Source: Glycera tridactyla
Taxonomy: Eukaryota
Length of the DNA stretch: 64,000 nt
Reading direction: 5' to 3'
NCBI GenBank assembly: GCA_965644265.1
Contig: OZ286476.1
Location: 22,506,001 to 22,570,000, forward strand
Shown: piece by piece, positions 12,021-20,459 of the stretch
How the letters are laid out: each line of letters opens with the position of its first letter
Numbering within the stretch: position 1 is the stretch's first letter
Position numbers and translations under genes: made by a program
The notes under the pieces: generated by a model
Told to the model about the DNA's origin: nothing
Seen by the model: only the letters and a program-made list of their open reading frames with translations
Database searches by the model: none

Positions 12021-12311
12021 CTAAAATGCTATTCGTAGCGAGCCTTTTTTCGACGAACGTTTGACTGCAGTTTGGGGTCTCTTCGCGCGCTTCTTATGCC
12101 TTTTGTCGGACGACGGTCGTTTCACCCCCAATAGCGATTGCGATTGTTCCACCGCGGCTTGAGCGGGAGATATGGCGACCAGCGATTTCGCCGTCGTCGT
12201 CGTGGGTTTTACCGGTTTGCTCTCGCGAAGAAGCTTGAAGGACTTGGTGTAGGGTACCCGGCCGCGAGCCATTTGCACAAAGTGTTCCTTGACCTTCGCG
12301 TGCTCAGCCAT
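12021..12311 (-). CDS. Small basic core-like protein between penton and MCP
   Basis: 96 aa, K/R-rich C-terminus, ISPAQAAVEQ motif recalled from similarly placed Polinton ORFs. Confidence 0.65.
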   Translation of the reverse strand: MAEHAKVKEHFVQMARGRVPYTKSFKLLRESKPVKPTTTTAKSLVAISPAQAAVEQSQSLLGVKRPSSDKRHKKRAKRPQTAVKRSSKKGSLRIAF

Positions 12312-12774
12312 CCTTCTTCAGAATCAGTTTCAGATAGCAGAAATGTCGAATGCACGGCGAGTCCGAGTGCGTGGGGCGATCGAGATCCCGGTTGATGAAC
12401 CGCACTTTGATACGATCCACGTAATTCTTCACGACTCTGACGTAATGATCTTCGGGAAAGTCGATTTGTTAGTTCTCATAGACTTTGCTCGTGGATCTCA
12501 TCGGAAGATCGCTCGGTATCAGGAGGGTGAGCAGCGGGAGTTGCGCGTTTCCAACCTGCGTCTCTTCTATAAAGTCGCACAGCACCAGTAGCGGTAATCG
12601 GAGGCTCTTGACGGACTTGTTTGCCGGAAACATGTACGAGAAGTACGCGCTGGCGATTCGACATTTCCAGCCGCCGTCCAAAAACGAAGGTTGCGGTAAG
12701 ACGTACGTAAACTCAGACAGGTCGTCTCCGTCGTCACTCCCGGAAATACCCGGTACAATCACAATCTGATCCAT
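12304..12774 (-). pseudogene. Minor capsid protein (penton/PX-like), one in-frame TAA at 12469-12471
   Basis: FTYVLPQP..LDGGWKC, LLVLCDFIEETQVGNAQLPLL. The frame continues past the TAA as QIDFPEDHYVRVVKNYVDRIKVRFINRD...LILKKDG* (TGA 12304-12306). Confidence 0.8.
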
Positions 12775-12918
12775 GGGCTAGTGCGTGTTCCAGTCTTTTG
12801 ACTCTGGCGCGAAAGCGGATGGAATCGAGAAGCTGCGAGCTAATGTCTCTCGCGTCTCTAGCCTCGTGCGGGTACTCTTCCAGATATCTGAATTCGACGA
12901 AATGATCGAAAGCCACTT

Positions 12919-14058
12919 TCAACTGTGTGGAACGTGCGTGACCTCCTTCGCGTCTATCCATGAGTTGAACTTGTTGTGGAAGCCTTTCCACTTGACGTAC
13001 ACCTGTTCCCTTCCATCCAGCACGCGTCTCTTGACGATCTTTTCTATGTCGTACAGTTGATCCGCGTCGGCCGTGTCGCGCACTGCCTGTAGTTCGCTTT
13101 CGTAGAAACTACCTTGCAACCGCTCGCCGTCTTGATCTCTTATGAAGTACACGGGCATGTCTTGCCTCTTTATGACCGAGTCTACGTAGTAGATCTCTCT
13201 GGTCCATCTCTCCGCGTACTCTCCGTACATTTTCTCGCGTCTTTTGGTAATTCTCACCGATTGACCTACACCGTATCTCGGCTTCTTGTTGACTTAGCTC
13301 GCATAATTCCTGGGCTTCCGCTTTTGACGACTGACGTATTGTGCGTATCTGACTTCGTGTTCGTTGTCGGCGTTCACTTCGTTCGGCGTACATCCGATGG
13401 AGCTGTGATAGGTGTCGTTGTATCCTCGAACAAAATCCTGTAGCTTGTCTATGTAACGCTCTGTGCGGTTCTCGTTCATGTATTTTTTAATGCGCTTCTT
13501 GAGCGATCTCCACACTCTTTCGATGAATGCGCATTGCGCCGTGCCGTGAGAGAAATAGTGACCCATGTCGTTTGTTTCTAGGTATTGCAAAAACTTGCTG
13601 TTGGTGAACTCGCTGCCCATGTCTGTCCTCAGACTGTTGCATTTTGCTCCCGCCTCTCGTAACACCGACTCAAACGCTTCTATCACGTTGTCACCGGTCT
13701 TTGTTTGGAGCGGTCTCACATACAGCTTTCTACTGAATATGCAAATGACACCCAACAGGTATCCGGTGTTGGAATTACGTTTTCGCAACTTCTGGTAATC
13801 GCACAGATCCGCTTCCCATATGTCGTTTATCCCGTTGGAAATGACGTTCGACTTTGGGAACTTGAACCGCGCCTCCTTGTTCAGCATATAACTATCCCGG
13901 GTCTGTAACCACCTTTTCACGTCGCTCAGCGTGATCTTGAACCTGGTGTTTTTTCTCACGGCCTTGTACACCTTGTCCGGCGATTGGAAACTACCGGCAG
14001 AGCGCGGATCTGTATAGTGTCTTTTGAGATAATCTTCGCCCTTTTTCGTTAGGACCAT
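12919..14058 (-). pseudogene. int: Retroviral-like (rve) integrase with C-terminal chromodomain, one in-frame TAA at 13294-13296
   Basis: DDE: WEADLCD, LRTDMGSEF, FIERVWRSLK. The frame continues RNYAS*VNKKPRYGVGQSVRI...WTREIY, then the chromodomain YDIEKIVKRR...YVKWKGF...NSWI. Confidence 0.93.
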
Positions 14059-14060
14059 CG

Positions 14061-14546
14061 TTACGATTTATTCTTGTTGAATTTTGGCGTAGGTAGCATT
14101 TGGCCGTACGAAACGCCCAGCATCAAAATCCAAACCTGTCTGTTCTGCGCGTTCAGACTGAGTAACACAATGCTGCACACCACTGTTATTATCGCCAGCA
14201 GGGACTGCGTGTAAAATATCTCCCTCGACTGGTTTGTTCTCTTATGAATTATGGGATCGAAAATTATTCCCCTGGGGTTGACTGAGCCGTTTACCGACGT
14301 GTTTTCGGCCGACGTCTTCTCCTGTTGCGTTTTTTTAATTCTGGGACAGGGTAGCATCAGTCCTATTCCGGTAGAAAGATATATGATCCACACCTGATCC
14401 TCGTCGTGTCCGATCGCGATGTTGATTATGCTAGCAATCACCACCAGAAATATCATGGACGCCTGTATGTAAAACACCTCTCTCACTAACACGTTCCGAC
14501 GGATCCACGATCTATCGACATCTTGCTCTTCGGTGGATTCCATCAT
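14061..14546 (-). CDS. Predicted four-TM membrane protein made of two similar halves
   Basis: EVFYIQ...VWIIYLSTGIGLMLPCP and EIFYTQ...VWILMLGVSYGQMLPTP, each with two hydrophobic segments. First ATG at 14546. Confidence 0.75.
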   Translation of the reverse strand: MMESTEEQDVDRSWIRRNVLVREVFYIQASMIFLVVIASIINIAIGHDEDQVWIIYLSTGIGLMLPCPRIKKTQQEKTSAENTSVNGSVNPRGIIFDPIIHKRTNQSREIFYTQSLLAIITVVCSIVLLSLNAQNRQVWILMLGVSYGQMLPTPKFNKNKS

Positions 14547-15106
14547 CACTCGTTGCTACCTTTATGCAAACAAGATACACTTATGCGTTCCTGCAGGGAT
14601 TCTAGAGCGCGGACAACGCTGATCTGACTCTTCTCGTTGTGTTTCATCCCCGTGATGATGACGACGCCCGACGAGTGTATCAAGAACTTTATTCGTTTAC
14701 CGACCCTCCAAATGAGCGCGTTGAATATCTCCGGTTCGTAAGTTGCGTTCTTCAAATTCAAGCGACGCAGGTCCGGCAGTGGAGTTAACCTGACAGTTGC
14801 CGATATCGTGTTGATCTTGATCCTCTCTAGACGGGGACTCAGACCTTTTCTCTGCAATAGTCTGGCGTATTGTCGAACTTTCTTCTTAGCCAGTTCGACG
14901 GAATTTGCTCCGTGTACCGATATATAACCATTACGGAAAATGAGAGCGGTCGATTTGATCCGTTTGTGACGCCAGACGATGTTACTCATCTTGGGATTGA
15001 CGACGATTCTGGAACAGTTGCGATACATCCAATCAGAGTCTATTGACGTGTTCAAATTTGCGCTGGCAACGACATTAGTTATGCAAATGTCTACATTCTG
15101 ATCCAT
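14546..15106 (-). CDS. Divergent TATA-box-binding protein (TBP)-like protein, intact 186 aa
   Basis: Both TBP repeats align by eye: ITNVVASANL, NPK, TALIFRNG..SVHGANS, KKVRQYARLLQRKG, KINTISAT, YEPEIFNALIWR, FLIHSSGVVIITG. Confidence 0.88.
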   Translation of the reverse strand: MDQNVDICITNVVASANLNTSIDSDWMYRNCSRIVVNPKMSNIVWRHKRIKSTALIFRNGYISVHGANSVELAKKKVRQYARLLQRKGLSPRLERIKINTISATVRLTPLPDLRRLNLKNATYEPEIFNALIWRVGKRIKFLIHSSGVVIITGMKHNEKSQISVVRALESLQERISVSCLHKGSNE

Positions 15107-15675
15107 CTCTGTTCTAGTAGCTTTCTCTGTTCGTCGATGCTCTGGCGGACTTTCTTCAAGTCGAGCTTTGTCGGTTTTACCCGTTTTCTCGGTACGACCT
15201 CGTCCTCTACTACGATAGATGGCAACTTCTTTCCTTTCTTCGTTCGCTCTTCCAATCGTTTAACTGTCCTTTTTCGTTTCCTGTTTGTAGGTGCACTGCC
15301 AGACGACTCCACCACGTCCCGTCCGACTGTCGAGGAGGTGCGGGATGATTCAACGAGTGCTGCCTCGGATGGTACAACCGGCACTTCGACTGTCGGGATA
15401 GATGCCGCAACGATCGCACTATCTGACGAATTGACTAGTCCATCAACGTCAACAGCAGTTTTATCGACGGATGCATCGACCGCGGTCCGTCAAGCGACAT
15501 CATCCGGAGCGAAGACTGACGACGCCTCGACCGTGGACCGTTGAGCGATGTCGACTGCAGTTTTGTTGGCGGAATCTACCGCAGTCGACGGTTCCACCAC
15601 CAACATATCCGACGAAGATCCTTCTAGACGCGACTTGGGTAAGATGATATATTCCCTCACTTCCTTCGATGCCAT
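15091..15675 (-). pseudogene. Polinton ORF of unknown function (S/T/D-rich middle, K/R-rich C-terminus), one in-frame TGA at 15490-15492
   Basis: ORFs 15490..15675 and 15091..15384 share a frame and are joined by open codons (DVA*RTAVDASVDK...TVEVPVV). It overlaps both neighbours. Confidence 0.65.
15291..15638 (+). other. Candidate Ser/Thr-rich (mucin-like) exon, phase 1-1, with internal TGA at 15542-15544
   Basis: Acceptor TTTTCGTTTCCTGTTTGTAG|, donor TTGG|GTAAGA; 348 nt. The pyrimidine tract could instead reflect Lys/Arg codons on the opposite strand. Confidence 0.3.
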
Positions 15676-15995
15676 ATAAGTCTCTTGGCCGATCTGTACA
15701 ACAACAACAGTATGTCGTGAATGCTGTCCTGATTATCGATCAATAAGGCCTTTTTCTTCTTCAACGACGTCCTCCGCGATGCAAGCACTCGAACCAGCGG
15801 TTTCAAATCCACCAGCGATTTCTTTGTGGAATCCGACAGCGGAAGAATGCCATACAACGCGTTGTGCGCGAGTTCGGATATCGCTTTGATCTGCTTGTTG
15901 GATATGGATTGAAGAAGCTTGTTTCTGACCCAGGCTCTCCTCCCGGCCAGTACTAACATGGAAATGAATGGTCCAGACTCTCTTATGAGCTCCAT
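15657..15995 (-). CDS. Conserved small Polinton protein (PW-like; probably the family labelled GasderminX in adintoviruses)
   Basis: LL...S.KQIKAISELAHNALYGILPL.....K.L...K..VRVL....TSLKKKK.LL pattern, located next to the ATPase. Family name is from memory. Confidence 0.65.
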   Translation of the reverse strand: MELIRESGPFISMLVLAGRRAWVRNKLLQSISNKQIKAISELAHNALYGILPLSDSTKKSLVDLKPLVRVLASRRTSLKKKKALLIDNQDSIHDILLLLYRSAKRLIWHRRK

Positions 15996-16029
15996 ATCCG
16001 ACTACTTTTTCGCAATTCACACGCGTCAC

Positions 16030-16740
16030 TTATGAATAGAATGTACACGTTTCACCCGGAAATATGTCTGTTCTCAAACGCAGATAGTTTGGCATGTTCA
16101 CGGTCATGTCCACAACCAGATATCCGTACCGTCTGTCGATTACGGATTTCTCGTAAGCCTTTGGGAGCAAGAGCTTATTTGTTGGGAACCGCTGTCTTCC
16201 AAAAACCTTGATCTGATCAGATGCGGCTGGTGTTTCGAACAGGATCACGTATCCGGCATTCACTGCGATAGTCTTGCTGAATTTACCTTGCTGAAATAGA
16301 TTGTGGCTCACGAAAACCATGGAGCAACCGCTGTGGTGGCATCTGACTGTAAAGAAGTCCATCACGTCTGTCGAATCCACAATTTCTCTCATGAGATCGT
16401 CCAGTACGATTATCAAATGATGCGAGCTCGGATCACAGTGTTCCAAAATCTCGTCTTGAGATAGTAAACCCTGGTGAAAGATTACGCAATCTAACTCGTT
16501 ACGGATCTGGTCAAATAACGGTTGGTAATTTTTGTAACAATACAAGATGTGATGCGGTTTGTCGCTCTCAATTAAGAACTCCTTGTTTGTGAGAAATCTG
16601 TGAAGAAAACTGGTCTTTCCTGCACCAGATCTACCCACTAAGATATAACACTGGTTGAGTTTGAATTTGATGTATCCGTTCTCGCCGTCCAACGAAATCA
16701 AGTCAGACCACACGGGATCCAGTTGCTTGAGACGGCTCAT
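16030..16740 (-). CDS. A32/FtsK-like genome packaging ATPase, intact 236 aa
   Basis: Walker A GRSGAGKT, Walker B IIVLDDL, RCHH...VSHNLF, C-terminal YGYLVVD...LRTDIF. Confidence 0.95.
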   Translation of the reverse strand: MSRLKQLDPVWSDLISLDGENGYIKFKLNQCYILVGRSGAGKTSFLHRFLTNKEFLIESDKPHHILYCYKNYQPLFDQIRNELDCVIFHQGLLSQDEILEHCDPSSHHLIIVLDDLMREIVDSTDVMDFFTVRCHHSGCSMVFVSHNLFQQGKFSKTIAVNAGYVILFETPAASDQIKVFGRQRFPTNKLLLPKAYEKSVIDRRYGYLVVDMTVNMPNYLRLRTDIFPGETCTFYS

Positions 16741-17075
16741 ATCTTAATCGGCTCCCGCAATTGGTGGTTGTGTGCCGCGTAGAATATATCTGTCAACTCT
16801 TTGGCCTTTGATGGAAATTTGTCCATTAAGATCGAGGTTAACTCCCACAACACTTTGACTCTTCCCCAATTCCACTTCCCATCATCAAACATGTACCGCA
16901 AGATGGCCCTGTATTGATGTACGGAGGTAATATCTCTGCTTATGATGCCGATAGATTCCGTAATCCTGCGATCTAGCGATTCCAGTATAACATCCACTCT
17001 CTTATGACTTACAGACGAAGACGATGACGACTTGTTGCTCGAGACATCCATTCTGACGTCCTTGGTTGCGTTCAT
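16737..17075 (-). CDS. Small Bcl-2-like protein (BH1 motif)
   Basis: YRAILRYMFDDGKWNWGRVKVLWEL matches BH1 (F..V..ELF.DG..NWGRIV.L..F). No clear BH2 or C-terminal TM. Confidence 0.72.
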   Translation of the reverse strand: MNATKDVRMDVSSNKSSSSSSVSHKRVDVILESLDRRITESIGIISRDITSVHQYRAILRYMFDDGKWNWGRVKVLWELTSILMDKFPSKAKELTDIFYAAHNHQLREPIKI

Positions 17076-18875
17076 TGGAGTGTGCGGTTTAGCTGTTTAC
17101 GCGTATAAGAGACATCGAGGTGAGTCACTTATAACAAGGGAAAGACTACGAATATGTGTTGTAGCTGCAATAGATACCTACATGTGATATTTCTGATGCG
17201 GTTCTACTACTGTTCTGCAAAGTCCGGCTGTTTACGACTTGAAACACGTATATCTTTCACGTGGCGTAGTGTAATTCTACTATATATATATATATATATA
17301 TATACAGTCTGACTGGCCAAGTGTGATGGCGACACATATGATGTTAAACCAACGAATGACAAACAGCATATGTTGTAATTGTGTTTATTGGTGCCGATAC
17401 AGGTGTATACATATATATATGAATATAACAATTCAATGAATACATTGCAATATATATAATTCTACTAATACGGATGTAAGCATGTCTCGTCCTTGTTTCA
17501 GGTGTCATCCCTCTCAGGTTGCCGGTTGCGGTCGATATACCCATGATACCTGTGGATTCCGGGACGGCTATGAATTCAGGTGAGTAGAGCTCAATGAACG
17601 TGGTACAGTACAGTGTTCGCGTTGCCTACATACTAACTATATATGTAGTATATGATTAATATAGAGCTCACAATGTGCGGCATGAATAAATGCTACATTC
17701 ATCATTTACACTGTACAAGTTCGTACTAGGAGGATCATCGAGTTACGTGAACTAAGATTCCCGGGATATGAGATTACATGAACGTAATCTCTCTCACAAT
17801 GTCTATACCGTTATAGGATCCTGTAGTCAAGTTCAGATAGTTTAATTGTAGTTTATGATGAGGATCACGAGTAGTAAAGTTCATACTGCTCAATTGCAGT
17901 TCATGATGGGGATGACGAAGAGGAAGACGAGATTGACGACAGCACTATATTCACTGTTGTCAATGAGGAGACCATAGTCGAGGAAGGAGCACGGGGGAAT
18001 GTGGCGTCGACACCTTTGTTAAAAAGCATGCCCAGACCATCTGATGAAATCACTGTCATAGAATCGGGCAAACCTCGTGCCAAGATCAACCTTCGTGATG
18101 TCGAAAAAGCTCTCAGTAACCTCTCCATTGATGACACAGTATATCGTCCCGGCGAGGAAGCAACATCAGAAGTGCACGGCGTGATAGATGAGATGAATCT
18201 TGATAACACTGTCTACCACAAACTCCATGGAGATAAAGAAGACATCATCTTCCCCCGACGTGGCACCAGAGAACGTAGACCAGGTAATCACTCATTCTCT
18301 TGCACATCGATCTCGATCCCGATCTCTGTATTGAACTCATCCACGTGCATCTTCATCTCTGCAAATTCTTCTGTGTTCAGATGAATCCCCCTCAAACCTG
18401 GCTGCAATGTACCGTCTTTAGCCTCGTAGTATTCCCTTAGCTGTAGTAGCTTGTAATCATTGTTCATAGACACGTGCTGGTTCGAATCCAAAGCAAACTT
18501 GAACTCTTGTCGATTGCCTGCCATGATTTCGTCGACGGCTGCCTGGATGGTATCTAGCTTCTTGATGAACTCTTTCCATACCGGCTGAGCCATGGTGTAT
18601 CTTCGAATCCTCAAGTGGCTGCTCTTTCGTTGGAATGAAAACCTCGACATCACCACCATGGTTGATCTGGGAGTGTAGGCTATCATGGTCTCTGCTTCAT
18701 GGGCCACGCTCAGCACCATTCTGACTGTTCCACGTGCATCTGGAATTAATACTTTTGATTAGTAAGGTTGTAACAATATGGTATATACATTGTAAATGTG
18801 AGATTACGTGTCTCGAGTATGAATACAATACTATTACACAATGATCTGTTCTCATTTGCAGTTGATCGATACTGA
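17015..18875 (+). CDS. Spliced single-pass membrane protein, exons 17015-17119, 17502-17579, 17900-18283, 18862-18875 (5' exons uncertain)
   Basis: All junctions are canonical AG/GT and phase 1 (CTTACAG|, |GTGAGT, TTGTTTCAG|, |GTGAGT, ATTGCAG|, |GTAATC, ATTTGCAG|). The joined frame is open: DEDDDDLLLETS-ILTSLVAFIGVCGLAVYAY-KRHR, an acidic tail, ending RPVDRY*. Confidence 0.7.
18288..18719 (-). CDS. PC4/Sub1-like ssDNA-binding transcriptional coactivator domain protein
   Basis: LLQLREYYEAKDGTLQPGLRGIHLNTEEFAEM matches the PC4 pattern IDIREYW...G...PGRKGISL..EQW. A degenerate second copy is probable in the N-terminal half. Confidence 0.8.
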   Translation of the reverse strand: MVLSVAHEAETMIAYTPRSTMVVMSRFSFQRKSSHLRIRRYTMAQPVWKEFIKKLDTIQAAVDEIMAGNRQEFKFALDSNQHVSMNNDYKLLQLREYYEAKDGTLQPGLRGIHLNTEEFAEMKMHVDEFNTEIGIEIDVQENE

Positions 18876-19025
18876 CCGACATGAACTCCACACCCGGCAG
18901 TTCTATATCCATCTATGGGAGATCTTTCTGAAAATTTAGATCCTTGAACAGAGTCGTCCGAGTTGGATCTGGTATCCTCTTGATCTCTCGTAGCTGAATG
19001 GGACCTCTCCATTGTGCTAATCCTC

Positions 19026-19031
19026 AATAAA
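19026..19031 (+). terminator. AATAAA polyadenylation signal for the spliced plus-strand gene
   Basis: AATAAA lies 150 nt after the predicted stop at 18873-18875. Confidence 0.5.
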
Positions 19032-19263
19032 GAGTGACTATCAACTGCCTCCGACTCTCTTATATATTCACAAGTGGAGGCATACTATACTATCTCTTGT
19101 ATAATATATTGTGATGGTATAATCTATTGATTATATATTCTACACATATGTTCTATGTTTAGATTCTGTCTCCGAATATACACTGTATAATCTATGAATG
19201 GAAACCTTATATAATACCATATCAATATCCCGTGTACGTGAACTGCATACAGTTACTACTCAC

Positions 19264-20136
19264 CTAATTCTCTAATTGACACACGTCGAAGGACAGAAAG
19301 TAATGGAATTGTGCCAATATGTCAAATGTCCATAGCTCATTGTCTGCGGTGTAGAGCATGATCAACACATATTTGAGTACATCCTGGTAGCCTGTATGCG
19401 GTTGCTGGTGCCTCATGGCATTCAGAATTTTACGAAGGTGTGTGGGAGAGGCGACTCCATCGATCATTTTGTGAAAATCTGATGGGAGTTGGTAATCGTG
19501 TCCTTGAAAATAGGACTCATCGAAGTTGTTCTTGTTGATGTACACCGATAAAAAGTTGAAATAGGTGGCCAGCTCCTCTGTGGTTGGATAGCCTCTACTG
19601 CGACCAGATTCACAGATCTCAGACAGTCTTTGTGCATACAGCTGGTCAGTATCTTCACGCCTGAAAGGTATAATCATCTCAAGCACAGGTTCGACCACCT
19701 GAATGTTGAACATCCAGTTCAGTATGAAGTTAGTGAAAGTATGAATGATGGGGATGAATGCTCTTGGAGAAACACCCAGCAGCCTCTTGCAGATTATGAT
19801 CATCAGTAATATCTCCTTGGATGTGCAGCGGCCTTGATTGAACAGATCAAACAGGACCTCACTGAACATATCCCTCCCAGTAATCTTGGAACATACATGA
19901 TCCATGTATGCATTCACCTTCAGAGTGTAGGGATGTCTCCAATCAAAATGCCAGTATGACTCCTTCTCTTGATTTGCAATGCGATGAAAATATGCCATCA
20001 CTTCTTGCAGTGACCATTCTCGCTCTGATGATATATCAAAATGAGATGGTGCTGCAGCTGTTTCAAAATCCTGATATAGCTCAACCTCCTCAAACTGTTC
20101 TACCATCTGATCAACGGATGTCTCTAAAGTTGTCAT
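19264..20136 (-). CDS. Uncharacterised helical protein, paralog A (290 aa)
   Basis: Long intact ORF; colinear similarity to 20460..21311. Confidence 0.8.
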   Translation of the reverse strand: MTTLETSVDQMVEQFEEVELYQDFETAAAPSHFDISSEREWSLQEVMAYFHRIANQEKESYWHFDWRHPYTLKVNAYMDHVCSKITGRDMFSEVLFDLFNQGRCTSKEILLMIIICKRLLGVSPRAFIPIIHTFTNFILNWMFNIQVVEPVLEMIIPFRREDTDQLYAQRLSEICESGRSRGYPTTEELATYFNFLSVYINKNNFDESYFQGHDYQLPSDFHKMIDGVASPTHLRKILNAMRHQQPHTGYQDVLKYVLIMLYTADNELWTFDILAQFHYFLSFDVCQLEN

Positions 20137-20459
20137 GATGCTGAGGAGGATACTCTCTCAAATGAATAATATGTGAGATGTGACTGTATATATACTTTTG
20201 CAGATGTGAGAATATATATATTACCTTGAGTGACTATTCTCATGCTAGAGAACAAAACTGGCTAGTCTAGAGACAGATTGATAGTATACTCTCCCTCCAT
20301 AGAGCAAAGGTCGCTTGATATCTCATTGGCACAAAGTATGTGATAAACAAGTGTCACCTTCCGAAAAAGCACTCTAGATGTTTGTTAGTTCAACTACGAT
20401 GCCCGTGATGTACACCCGCCAGATGGTTCATTGGATCTACTTACTTGATAGGATACACA

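Noticed and set aside
10626-12064. Long alternative-frame and antisense ORFs over the capsid gene (e.g. 10799..11623, 11322..11969)
   Set aside because: Expected shadows of a GC3-rich gene; no motifs.
2866-13296. Alternative genetic code (TAA read as an amino acid)
   Set aside because: MCP, ATPase and the TM gene end in TAA, and another gene is broken by TGA.
18746-19027. 93 aa minus-strand ORF
   Set aside because: No motifs; it is antisense to the predicted last exon and 3' UTR.
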